Shown: positions 47,967 through 59,685, counted from the first letter of the stretch. The stretch is 64,000 nt of DNA from Cyanophora paradoxa CCMP329 (GCA_004431415.1 QPMI01000490.1:62001-126000), one strand, 5' to 3'. Made by a program: numbers and translations. The notes: generated by a model from the letters alone, not told the origin.

Positions 47967-50742
47967 ATGGCCGAACCCGCGGCCGAGTCGCTCATGAGCT
48001 CGATGCCAGGTGCGCATTCGATTTCGCATTCGCCGTCTTGACTCCGAGCTCGAGGGTCGCTTGCCCTCATCGCTGGCGCTCATCGCACCGCAGACGAGCT
48101 GATAATGCTTGTGATGCTGAAAGCGGCACCCATCGATGGCACGATGGGCGTGTTGCGAGGCTTCGCCTCGGCTCGGCGGCGCTTCCAGAAAATCGCCTGC
48201 GGTCTTTCCTCGAAGCTTTTCGAGGAGCCTGTCTTCGTCGGTGCTCGTGGCACCGATCGTTCAGCATCTGCAGCTGGCCCAGTACTAGTGAGCTTAGGCT
48301 TGCAAATTAAATATTAATTTCGCGTACGCGTGCGATACCCGCGCTTGCGATTGACGTACACGTGTGCGTGCGCATTCGCAGCGTGTTCCTGACACGATTG
48401 TGGACGTCGCGAGGCTAGCTGCGAAGTTCGGGCGCCGAATTGAGCGGCTGCACCTTGGAAACGTCAACTTCGCCGTCGGCGCATCTACAGTCCTGTGGGA
48501 CGTTCTCTGCGCCTGCCCGAACCTCACGCACCTGTCCCTCGCCGGCGCCAGCTGCAGTCACACGAATCTCTTTTACGAGAAGCCCTTCCTGCCCCTCGCC
48601 GAGCTCGCGGACCTCCCCGCCGGCTTCGAATTCTCCCTGCCCCGCCTCCGCCACCTCGACCTCTCCGGCCTCTCCCTGACCTCTTCCGCCCTCCGGCGCC
48701 TCCTGAGCGCCTGCTCGAACTCCCTTGAGCGCCTCTACCTCCGGTGAGCGCCCTGGCCTTTCTCTCGGCGCATGTGTGCATCCAGTCCCACGCTCCGTTA
48801 CCCTGAGCCGCCTGCAGGAACGCGGAGGTCCGTTTCGGAGGTCTCGGGTGCGAAGCTTTCATGATCAGCGGTCTCAGGTGCGCGAGCGACCGCGCCGCTC
48901 TCAGACTTGGACTGACATCGCTCCCTCCGCCCCGCCTCGCAGCTTCCCCCGCCTGGAGAGCCTGGACGTCTCTGGCGTGTCCGACTTCGCCGACGCGGGC
49001 AAGCTGCGGCAGCTCCTCCGCTGCCTTCCCGCCCTCCGAGACCTCTACGCCGTGCCCCGCCGCGGGATCAGGAACGAGCATCCGGAGCTGGAGCAGCTTG
49101 CGCAGGACGCCCGCCGCTCGAACCGTCTCCTCATCTACGAAAATCTCGTGCGCGGCCCTCTCAATAGGGAAGGGTTTTTTAATTCTTTTCTTATTTTGAA
49201 TTGCAGCTCGATATGGACGCTGCGTCGCTTCGGGAGCTCCGCCGGCACCTTGACGGGATGGCGTACCCCCGCCCCACGGAGGCTCGCCTCGACGTACCCC
49301 TCCTCGCTGGCCCCTTCTTCCTCGAAGGTCCACGATTTCCCCCTCACCCTCCCCCCCTCCCCTCCCCCCCCCCGCCCCTCCCCCCCTCCCCCCTCTCCCC
49401 CCCCCCCGCCCCACCTTGCCTCCTCCTCATTTCGGATTGTAATTATAACATGTCGCTCTACTCCACAGCGATCGTGAACGTGTACATGTCGCGAGTTCTC
49501 GAAGCTGCGAAGCGGCTCGTCTCCGAGCTCGGCGTCTCGCCGCTCACCGCCCGTCTCCAAGGCGCCGCGGCATCGGAGACTTGGGGCTGGCAGTGGGCGA
49601 TCCCGCCCTACTTTCGCTCCGATTTTAAGCTACCTGAGCCGCTGTGTGAAGATCCGGCCGGCTCGTCAGCTCTGCACGTCCTGGTCGTCAGCTGCTGGCG
49701 GACAAGTGTTCACATCACGGAACAGGTAAGTAACGTGTTGCGGCCTTTGCTTTTAGGGGCGCGAAGCATATAATTATTAGCACTGAAGATCTGGCCATAT
49801 AGCCAACAATCACTATATATCTCCGCAGCTGATCGTGGAGTGGGAGCTGGGCCCCCTCCTGAACGTTGCGCTGCGCTCAAGAATCCGAAGCCGTCGCACT
49901 CCCCTTCACCTTGCTGCCGAGCACTCGCGGTCGTCCGGGCTGGTCAGAATCCTGCTGGAGTTAGGCTCCGACCCTCTCCTACAGGCACGGCCCCGCCCGT
50001 CGCGTGATCGCGCGCCCTAGGCCTCCACCGCAGCTCATCACGCTGGGGCGGCGCGCGCGCAGGATGCGGGGGGTGAGACCGCGCTCCACACTGCCTGCCG
50101 TCTGCGGAGCTCCGACGCCGTACACGCTCTGCTGGAGGTGGCCCGTACGCAGACTGGCGTGCTCTCCGTGAAGGACGCCGAGGGCCGTACCCCTCTCCAG
50201 TGGCTCCTCGTCGGCCATGTTCTGGACGATTACGATTCTGTGCGGTCCGATCTCGCTGTGCATGCCGTCAGTACGTCCGCTTGCCTCTCGTTCACCCCTT
50301 GCCCCTCCAACCATTTTCGCAGAGGTTTTGCGGCTCGACGGTCCGAGGCTGGAGGCCCTGGGGGTACGCCGCGCCTTCCTGGAGGAGCCCTGCTGGGGAC
50401 GGGGGCGCGGCGAGTTCCTCGTACACTATGCCGCCAAAACAGCTTCGCCCCCGGCGCCGGCCGTCCGGGCCTTCCTCGAAGCCGGCGCCGACCCCTGTCT
50501 CCAGGCCCGTCCACCGACCCTTTGAAACAAGCTTGCGTACCCCAATGTCACCTCACTCACCCCACCCTTCCCGGTCGCAGGACGCGAGAGGCAGGACGGT
50601 GCTCCAGATCGCCCTAAGCGGGGGGAACGAGTCGCTGCAGCAGGCGATCCTGGACTTCGCCGAGCAGAGGGGCGTCCCCCGCGAGCGCCTCGTCGGGCCG
50701 ACACGCCCGGAGAAGCGCGCCCGCACCGCCCCCGGCAGCTGA
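47967..50742 (+). CDS. F-box-like + leucine-rich repeat + ankyrin repeat protein, multi-exon
   Basis: Spliced N-terminus MAEPAAESLMSSMP|DELIMLVML..LRGFASARRRFQKIA (F-box-like). LRRs CPNLTHLSLAGAS, LPRLRHLDLSGLSL, FPRLESLDVSGVS. Ankyrin repeats RTPLHLAAE..LVRILLELGSDP, GETALHTAC, DAEGRTPLQW, DARGRTVLQIA. Confidence 0.75.
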
Positions 50743-51466
50743 TTTTACAAACTAAAAATATGCGAGATTATCATTGAATTCTGTCTGTCTGAATTCTGGG
50801 CTCGTGGAGGCCAGATCTAGAGTGGGAAGATTGGAGGTCTTGAGGAGACTCTGAGAGCGAGATGGAAGTAGTAGGGCGAGAGCCGTTCTACCGTCTTAAC
50901 GTTAACGATGGTCTTACGAATTCGAGCTCGCGCGATGAATTCGGATCGAAGCGGGAGCGGAGAAATTCGAATTCGAAGGGGCTGGCCATCGGCCATATGA
51001 GTTGAGAAGATTTATAATTAGAGGAGACGAACTGTTTTTAACACGCGCGCGCCGTGGCCGGGCCGGCCCGCGCGGGCCGGTATATAAGTATATATACGTC
51101 GGAAGATTTAATTGAGGGGAGACGTACGTATACGTATACGAACGGCCGGATCGACCAGCGGATCGAGCTAGGATCGAGGCCTAGGAAGCGGATCGAGGAT
51201 CGAGGCCGGAGGGAATTAATTAAGATGTAGAGGAGACGAATTAACTCGAGGAGCCGGTGCGAAAAATGCGCGAGCTGCGCTTGAGTTATCCCTGTACCCC
51301 AGATAACCAGCAAAACCTGAAACCAGCTCACAGCCCCCGGCCGCTCTCGCCGCGCGTTTAGATCGGGTGCGCAGCGTCAGATCGATCGGTTGCGTAGTGT
51401 CAGGCATCGCTTGGCACCGAGCTCGGCTGATTTCAAAAATTCGCGCGAGGCGGCAGGCCGTCGGAG

Positions 51467-54400
51467 ATGGAGGACGGGCAAGCGCACGCGAGCACCTCTA
51501 GCGCAGAGGCACCGCCCAGCAAGCGCCTTCGCCTTCATTCGGTCCCTGCGCCGGCGGAGCCCGCGGCCGACGGAGAGAAGAACGCGTGCATCAATATCCA
51601 AGAAGGCGCGAATGGCCTCCAAGACTCATCAGGTGCTGCATTGCGATTGTCAATATGTAACACTAAGGCCCGCGGGCGGCGCAGGGAGACCGGTACCAGA
51701 TCCTGCAAGATTTGAAAAAATCGATCCCGCGGCGCAATCCGACGATATGGCTGTGGATGCAGAAGCTGCGCCTCCGAAGATCGTTGCGAATGCAAGGATC
51801 CGGACGTGGTCTGCCCTTGACTAGATTATTCGTGATCACTCGCGCCTCACGATTGCAAATTCGCTGTCAGGATCGCGCGCCTGAATCCGGGAGCGAAGGT
51901 TGCTGACCTGCAGGATGCCCTGCGGATGGCCGCAGGGCTTCTGCCCCTCGTCGACGTCAGCACTCGCAAGGGGCACCATCGCCAGCGCACCCTCCGCGAA
52001 TTGTGCCGCCGCTTCCGCCACTGCCGCCGCGCCCGGCTTTTGAAATATGCTCTTAAGCTTGTGTCCACGCCGATTGCGCAGCTTGATTCCGACGGCGCTG
52101 CAGCAGTACTTAGTCGATGGGGATACGGAGCGGGTGCCTTGGAGCCGGGGCCGCGCCGGAGCCTTCCTCCAAGACCTCCACTCCGCCCACCAGCAGTGCC
52201 TCCAGAGCCCCGTGCGCCGCTCTTCCCCGGCCCGCGTTCGCGCCTCTAGATCTACTGCTGAATGCGGCCCCCGGCCATCGGGATCTGGCCCGACGTCGAC
52301 TTTTCGATTCGCCACCAGTACGGCGATGCAATGGTACCCGCGCGCTCCGGTCCGATCCCACAGAGCTCGCGATATTCTTACGCGCACGCGCGCCACGCAG
52401 ATGGCGTACGCCCTTCTCTACGCCTGCAGCGAGGGGGACCTCTTTGCGGCCCTCGCGCTCGCCCTCTTCGGGGCCAAGTGGGGCGTGAACGTCACCGAGT
52501 TGAGCTATACGGCACCGCAGCTGTTAGCGTGCAGGCTGCGGGACCTGGACGACGTGAAACCTGATCACGTCCCGTCGAAGTTGGTTTCGATGTGCGCGCG
52601 CGGTCCGATCGCGATCGCGAGGCCCCCGACGTGCGGCCGCGGGCCGGTGCGCAGGCTGGAGACAGCGCTGGAGGCTCTGTGGGAGGCCGAGCAGCTAGGA
52701 CCAGTTCGCGTCTCGCGCTTTAACGCCAACCGCTTCGCCCTCGACGTCCTCTACGCTGCCGGTGCGCCCCAATTTAAAACTTGCTCATGGTCTGCGAAAT
52801 TCGCCTCTCCAGTGTAGCGCAAAAAACCTTCCGCAAAATTAAATCTTTATCAGCAGCGCGAATTGGCAAACCATCATGGTCTTAACTTGAGCGGAACCCG
52901 GCGGATGCGCAGACGCCTGGCATGATTTGCCAGCGGAGACGGCGAAGGTGCTGGAAGAAGCGAAAAGGGTGGCGGACCTTTGCATTCTCTGTTCAGCCTG
53001 GCGGCGCTTCATTATGCGCCTCCTGCGAGAGGGGCCGAGCCAGGATGTGCTCCCTTACGTGATTGCTCTCCTAGCGATTTACGGTGGTACCGAGGCGTGT
53101 CGCAGCGCCCCGCCGCCCGTGGCCGCCCGCCGCTTTAATTTGAAATCACTGAGTAAACACCTCATAAACGTTAACTTCTCGTTTACACAGGAGCGCGATC
53201 ACGCGATGCCATTGCTCCAGCGCCTGGGACCCCCCGCCATCATTGCCCTACTGGGGATTTTCGAGATCCTTTCTCCCTTCGTTCGCGATCGCCTTCTATG
53301 CGCCGCCACCCCACGCGTACGAGAATTCGAAATTCAGTGCGCAGAGCCGCGGCACGGCGCTGCTGCGACAACGTGTGCAGACGGCGCTGCTGAAGGATAT
53401 GGCGCTGGAATTTTATGAAGCGCCGGCAGTCGGAGAAGCGCTTCTCGGCGCCGTCACGCGGGCCGCGGGGGGCCCCCAAGCGGAGCTCTTCCTCGCTGAT
53501 GCGCTGCAGGAAGGAGCGCCCCTGGCCGTCCTCCTGCACGCGCAGGACATTCTTCGCGCGGGCATCCCCGGCGTGCGCGCCTTCGCCGCCACAGAACGCG
53601 CGGGGCGTCAAAACAAGCCCCTCCTGCCGCCGCCCTTTCTCGCCGAGCTCGAGGCTGCCGCCAGTGGGCGGCCCTCCAAGTGCCCCGCGGACGTCGCGGC
53701 CGCCCTCCTCGGAGCACTCCTCGCGCACCGCCCGACCCGCGCTGCCCTTTCCTCCGCGGCGTGCCCCGCCGATATTACCTTCGATATCACCGCCGGAATC
53801 ACCGATATCGTCGTCAAAGCCGACATCCGCGACAGGCAGCAGCGCGCCCTCCACAACTTGTGCAGCCATCCCTGCCCCGCGGTCGCGGCCGTCGCCTGCA
53901 TTGTCGCTGCTGACGGATCCGAACTGCAGCCTGGCGCAGGCCGCGGCTCCGGAGTTGCTCGAATGCCTGGCGGACGGGAACCGGCTGTCCCGTAGCCGAG
54001 ACGACGTCCTTGTACATGCCTTTCTCGTGAACCTCTACCGCGCCCACCGCCAGAGTTTCACGGTCAAGAGCCCAGTGCGCCGCACCGTCGCACCCTTGCC
54101 CTGCAGCTGCGCATGCGGCTTACTAATTGAAACGCACGTACATGCGATGCACGCTTCTGGCGAAAAGTACGGTGAAGAATTGGTGCGGCCCGCCGATGTC
54201 GGAATTCGAATATATATATACTGTAATATTTAATTAATATAAATTTTAATATTATGCCGCTCAGAAATCGAAAAGCCTCCTGCACGCCTGCGCAACGGGA
54301 AGCCTTTTCGCGGCTCTCGCACTCGCCCTCTTCGGAGCCAGATGGGACACCAAGGACGCGGCGACGGGCCTCAACGCTCCAGCACTCTTCGTTCGACAGC

Positions 54401-57400
54401 TTCAGATGCAGGCAGACGCTGATGCCGACGTTGCAATAGGTCACTTGAAGCTCGTTTCGCTGTACGTGTGGCGAGGCGGCGAGCGCTGCGGCTGGATCCC
54501 GATCGATATCCTGATGCGCGGGGCGCATGGCAGGCTTCAGGCTGCATTCCAACACATTTACAAGGAGCTCGAGGACAAGCGCTTCCCGGAAGTCGAGTCG
54601 GAAAGCTTCTCGCGGGCCAATGCAAATCGCTTCGCCATAGAAGTCCTCTGCGCCGCCGGTGCGCGCCGCCCTCGCGCTTCGAAACTCGAAGGACGGGGCG
54701 CGAGCAGCGCTGGCGCAGGCGCCTGGCGCGACCTGCCAGTGGGGACGCGGGGGGCCCGGCGTGAAGCGCGACGGATCCTGGGCTTGTGCGCGAAACAACC
54801 CGTTTGGCGGAGCTTCGTCTTGCGCCTCGTGAAGGAGGGGCTGATCCAGGCCGTGCATCCTTATATTATCGCTTGCTTCGCCATTTCCGACCGCGTAAAG
54901 GCGCGTATTTATTCTCCCTTTTTCTTTCTCTCCCGCTCCCCTCTTCTCCCGCTTTAAATTTGCCAGCGACCCGCTCCACACGCAGGAGCGCGAGTTTGCG
55001 CGTCCGGAGCTTGAAACCCTTGGGCCGTCAGCCGTTGACGGACTACTGGCCCTCTTGGAGGTACACTCAATCTCTGTTCGCCGAGGCTTTTACAGACATT
55101 TGCCCATGGCCACTAAGTATTTTGCGGACGCCCGTTCGGCGCCGCGCAGGATTTTCGCCGCCCCAGGTGTCGGCAGCGGGTGAAGGCAGTGCTGCTATCG
55201 CTTGCGAAAATTCCGGCAATCAACTTCGAGGCGCCCGCCGTCGGGGAAGCGCTTCTCGACGCCGTCACGCGGGCTGCGGGAGGGCCCCAAGCGGAGCTCC
55301 TCCCCGCTGAGGCGCTGCAGGATCCGGAGGGATCAGCCCTGGCCGTTCTTCTGCAGGTCATCCTCCGCGCAGGCATCCCCGGCGTGCGTGCCTTCGCCGC
55401 CACCGAACGCGGGAGGCAGCGGACCAAGCCCCTCCTGCCTCTGTCCATTCTCTTTCACCTGCGAGATGCGGCAAGCGGGCGCGGGCAGACCTCCAAGTGC
55501 CCCGCGGACCTCGCGGCCGCCCTTCTCGACGCGCTCTCTGTGCACGTCCCGACCCGCGTCGCTCCTCTCTTTGCCTTTGTCCCGCCCGTCATTTCCGAGC
55601 TCCACCGTCTCGCCGAACTTTCAGCCCTTGCAAACGAGCAGGGGCTGCTGCAGGACCAGCTCCCGGACGCCATCGAGCAGATGCTGCTGCAGAACCCGGA
55701 GCTACAATTGCTAGATGTGAGATATCCGCAGGTGCAGCTGTCGGGGGCGTGGGCCCTGGACCAGCTGGAGGGGGCGCTGGCCTCGCTGCACCTCGACTCG
55801 GGAGACGGGCTCGAGACGGCCCTGCGGCGCGCTGGCGTCGTCGACCTCGCCCTCCGCCTCGCGTCCGCTGCCCGCGTTCCCTGAATAGCAATGGCGCTTT
55901 TTGTTGCAGCTGCCCAACGCTACCTTGTACGCGTGCAGCTCGGAGATCGCGGCGCTCATGCGCCCCTTGGAACGCCTTCACCTCGCGGCTCCAGATTTGG
56001 ATGTCCTCTCCTGTAAGGTGAACGGCCGCGGCCTGCGCGCGCGGTCCGCCGCCACGTGCGCCGCGCCTGACAAGAGAAATCGAACAGCCGATGAGCTTCT
56101 TGTGGCGCTCGATTGTCGCGGGGGCGTCGGTGGCGGCGGCGGCGGGGCTCTTCGCGGCCGTCGATTTCGCTAAGCCCCTGAAGCCCTTCAAGTGCGGTCC
56201 CTATAGCTATCCGCTGTATAACTGCGCTCCCGTCCGCTTTGTTGCGTTTTACATTTATAATTATACGCACACGTGTACGTATACGCGGCGCAGTCGGCTG
56301 CTCTTGGATTTCGTGCGGGAGCCGGCGCGCAACAAATTCTCGGCGACAATTGCGCGCCTGCCAGGCCTGTTCGACATTCATCTCCGGCGGGAGGCGTGCA
56401 ACAACCCCGATGCGGTACTGTCCCGCACCCGCGAACCCTTTTTAACTTCCCGCCATGGCCAGGCGATCGTGAGCGAACATGTGGAAGAGTCGCGGGTCCC
56501 ATACGGCGACACAGACCCGTTCCTCTTCCTCAATGTCTCCCGGGGTTCTCTGATCAGTTCGAGGCGAGTTCATTCATATGCCGCACGCGGCCGCCCGCGA
56601 AGTATATATGTACTAATTGTGCCGCCTCATCGATTTTCGCGGCGCGGCCGTCTGCGCAGCTTCGGGAACAAAGACCTTGAGGCGGCGCTCCTCGCGATCG
56701 GGGGGCCCAACCCCCAGGCCGACCCCGCTCTCCCGACGCCCGCACTTTCCGCCGCTCCGTCATCGATCTGATGGTTCGAAGGGCCGGCCTCTCTAGCTCG
56801 ACGGACCGGGCCCGGGCCGGGGCTGTAGCTGTAGCTGCAGGTGACGCGGGGCTGCACAGGTGGCATTCGAAGGAGAACCTGCGGTCGGCGACGGGTTGAA
56901 GCGGGAGTACCTGACAAAGCTGGCGCATGAGTTTTTGGACCCTAACACGGCCCTATTCTGCCGTCTCGGCGACGCTGGCGGCGTCTACTATCCCTCCACG
57001 GACGCGCGCGTTCATGATTTCAGCGATCAGCCCGGCCACCACACGCCCCTTCCCCGTCCCGGCCGCCTCGAGTCTGAGCCAACATTTTCGCACTTGGCTG
57101 TCTAAACTCTGATCGGGAGTGCCGCGCAGCATGTTTCGCCTCTGTGGGTGGGCGATGGGCGCCGCTTTCGCGACCGGCGCAGTCTCCCCCGTCTACGTTC
57201 GTTCTGCCCCGTCCGGCCCCGCTGAATGCAGTCCCGCCCGCCCCGCCAACCATTTTGCGCATGCTGCAGTTCCCGCAGTGCCTTTATCGGTACCTTCTAG
57301 ATCTGCCGCGGGCGCGGTCGCAGACGGGCCTTAAGGACCTCGCATCCATCGAGCCGAGCGTCGCGAAGAGCTTCAAGGAAATGCTGGGGCGGGGCCTGGC

Positions 57401-57861
57401 GGAGCTGGGGCTCGAGCATCTCGTTTTTATGGTCGAAGAAGACTTCTTCGGAGAGCGCCGCACCGTTCCGCTGCGCCCCGGCGGCGAGCAAGAGCCCGTC
57501 ACCGACGCCAACAAGGCCCGCGCGCGCCCTCCGTCCCCAAATTCCACAATCGGGCGCCCCGGGGGCCCTCACGTGCCACGTACGCGTGCACAATCGTAGA
57601 AAGAGTACGTTCGACTGGCAGCGGACTACTACATTGTTGGGCGCGTCCGCCAGGAGGCTCGCCCACTGCCCGCCATGCCCCGCCCCCCCGCCGCTCGCGC
57701 TGTTCCTCGAATCATTTCCGCAGCTGGATGCGCTGCGGGAGGGGCTGCGGCTGGTGCTGCCCGCAGCTGCGTCGCGGATGTTGAGTTCAACCGAGCTGCG
57801 CATGATCGTCGAGGGGCTCCACACAATCGACGTGGAAGACTGGCGACGCAACACTCGCTAC
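51467..57861 (+). pseudogene. HECT-type E3 ubiquitin ligase gene, interrupted within the HECT domain by the AT-rich element
   Basis: HECT N-lobe VAFEGEPAVGDGLKREYLTKLAHEFLDPNTALF..YYP, VPLRPGGEQEPVTDANK|KEYVRL, LSSTELRMIVEGLHTIDVEDWRRNTRY. A stop (TAG 57868-57870) then falls inside the foreign DNA. The C-lobe with the catalytic Cys is absent from the window. Confidence 0.85.
52401..55570 (+). repeat. Intragenic tandem duplication (about 52401-53760 vs about 54265-55570) in the HECT gene N-terminal region
   Basis: LLYACSEGDLFAALALALFGAKW vs LLHACATGSLFAALALALFGARW. NANRFALDVLYAAG vs NANRFAIEVLCAAG. EAPAVGEALLGAVTRAAGGPQAEL..ILRAGIPGVRAFAATER..SKCPAD occurs in both copies, with matching intron positions. 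Confidence 0.88.
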
Positions 57862-58146
57862 CACACATAGTAAAATGCGGAGTTTTAACCCTCGGCTTAT
57901 CTTAATTGATTTTGTTGATATATCTCGTATATTCTATTTCAATCAATCGTTAATCTGTGTATATCTTATCGAATATTCATTTATTTCGATTATTTTGTAT
58001 TCTTTTCGATATTTTATCGTAAATTTCTCTTATTTTCCGATTAGTCTTACTGAGTGAATCGATAATCTGTATATGTTTCCGAATAATATAACTGAATCTC
58101 AATTAGATCTTGCCTCTGGTTAAAACTCCGCATTTTACTATGTGTG
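57862..58146. repeat. 285-bp terminal palindromic unit with perfect 29-bp inverted arms
   Basis: CACACATAGTAAAATGCGGAGTTTTAACC (57862-57890) and its exact reverse complement (58118-58146). The interior is degenerately symmetric. Confidence 0.95.
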
Positions 58147-58397
58147 ATTGGTCTAAAAGTTAATTGATTTAATCGATATTATATTCATGTACTTTCTCGA
58201 TTAAATTTAATTAAATTTAATTCATTTAATCGGAAACATATCGCTAAACTCGATTAAGATCCATAAATGATTCATTTGTTTATATTAACAAATCGATCTC
58301 TTATTGAATCCAATCGTAATTATACATGAAACTTATATGTTTTTATCATGTTTTAATGATTCTAAGGGGGGACCCTTAGGATTTTTGAAATAATTGG

Positions 58398-58488
58398 GTG
58401 TGACAGGTGTGACAGGTCCATCCAAGGAAAGTCCTAGTGAGAAATTGATTTTTAAAATCCACGGATAGACCTGTCACACCTGTCACAC
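58398..58488. repeat. 21-bp perfect inverted repeat built from tandem GTGTGACAG 9-mers
   Basis: GTGTGACAGGTGTGACAGGTC (58398-58418) and GACCTGTCACACCTGTCACAC (58468-58488). Extends to 26 bp with one mismatch. Confidence 0.95.
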
Positions 58489-58525
58489 ATACCATATTCA
58501 GTAAGGACCTCATATATTGTTAAAA

Positions 58526-58835
58526 TCTCAGTGTTAGTTGGTGTAGTTGATTCAAATGTGATCTTAGGAATGTGATTTAAAATCTTTCAGGCAGCATTTA
58601 TTTGTCAGGCATTAAATCCATCGATTTTGACAAAGTATTTTATTTTGGCAAAGTCATTGTTTGGATCAACAATGAAATTTGAATTATAGAAAAGTTTTCT
58701 AAAAAGGTGCCTGACAATGCCTGACATACTATATAAGTGCCTGACAACTATATTATAGTGCCTGACAAACCATATATGGTAATACTATATGATATCTTCT
58801 ACTTTCTCAGTGTTAGTTGGTGTAGTTGATTCAAA
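58526..58835. repeat. 31-bp direct repeat pair enclosing a TGCCTGACA iteron-like cluster
   Basis: TCTCAGTGTTAGTTGGTGTAGTTGATTCAAA at 58526-58556 and 58805-58835. TGCCTGACA at 58708, 58718, 58738 and 58759, with an inverted copy at 58603-58611. Confidence 0.92.
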
Positions 58836-59258
58836 AAATGCATTTATACTCTGATTCATTGTTATTTCCTGTGAAATTTGAGTCAACTCAACCCACTTAG
58901 TCAACCCTTGCATTGAATTCGTAACAAAATCCATATACTTTTACTACTTTTACGATTAATATGAGTCAACCTTGAGTCCACTTAAATATAAATATAATAT
59001 AATAGGGGGAATCAAGGGGAGATGCTGAGTGTTATTGTAAGGAAATCGAATAGTATTCGAAATACTTGACATTGCTTAATGTAGGGTGCATTCATATTTC
59101 GGCTACATCATACAGTAGAATTCTATTGTAACAAAAGCTACTGTAGAAAGAAAATCATTGTAGAAAGCTATTGTAGGAAAGGATATATTATATCCTTTTT
59201 TAACGATTGCCATTGTAATAAAAAAGGTAAATTACCCTGTTTATCATTATAGAAACCA

Positions 59259-59656
59259 TCAAAACGGGAATCTATCATGTTTATGTCTCTCAGTCTTCTC
59301 AAATGTTAAGAAATTCATTGTTTTATCGATCTCATCTGCTACTGATTGTGTTTTATGCTGAGCTTCTTTACCACAACTGAATATATCAATTGCTAACATG
59401 CCTTCATTGGAATAACAATGAGCTGTGCAATGGCTTTCATCTAATAGCAGAACCAATGCAAAACCAGGAGGTGATAGTTTGCCATCAATATCTCACAATG
59501 CTTATGAACAATCCTAATACCTTGTCTCAATACTGCTTGTTCAAGGGTTCCCATAATCCAATTACCTAGGAAGCTAACATGCTCATATCCTGTTGCTATA
59601 GCTGATTTAGCTTTGTAATCAAGCATAACATGAAAGCCTCTGTATTGAGTCTCCAT
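59259..59656 (-). CDS. speD: Prokaryote-type (short, pyruvoyl-dependent) S-adenosylmethionine decarboxylase proenzyme; one apparent 1-nt deletion at about 59487
   Basis: Joined ORFs give METQYRGFHVMLDY..IVHKHCEI(F)DGKLSPPGFALVLLLDESHCTAHCYSNEGMLAIDIFSCG. This has the ESH self-cleavage motif and the DIFSCG motif. About 132 aa. Confidence 0.85.
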
Positions 59657-59685
59657 TAAGAATACCTTAGAAAAATTAATTAAAC

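Noticed and set aside
57862-57890. Resemblance to a V(D)J recombination signal (CAC heptamer start)
   Set aside because: Only CACA matches. There is no CACAGTG heptamer or ACAAAAACC nonamer at 12/23 spacing.
57862-58146. Simple stand-alone MITE inserted in the HECT gene
   Set aside because: No target-site duplication, and host sequence does not resume after the right arm. Kept only as an alternative within the terminus finding.
58526-58835. CRISPR-like array
   Set aside because: Only two 31-bp copies about 250 bp apart, short irregular 9-mers, and no cas genes.
59441-59500. Programmed frameshifting as polyamine regulation of the AdoMetDC gene
   Set aside because: The same 1-nt-deletion pattern affects unrelated neighbouring genes, so sequencing error is more parsimonious.
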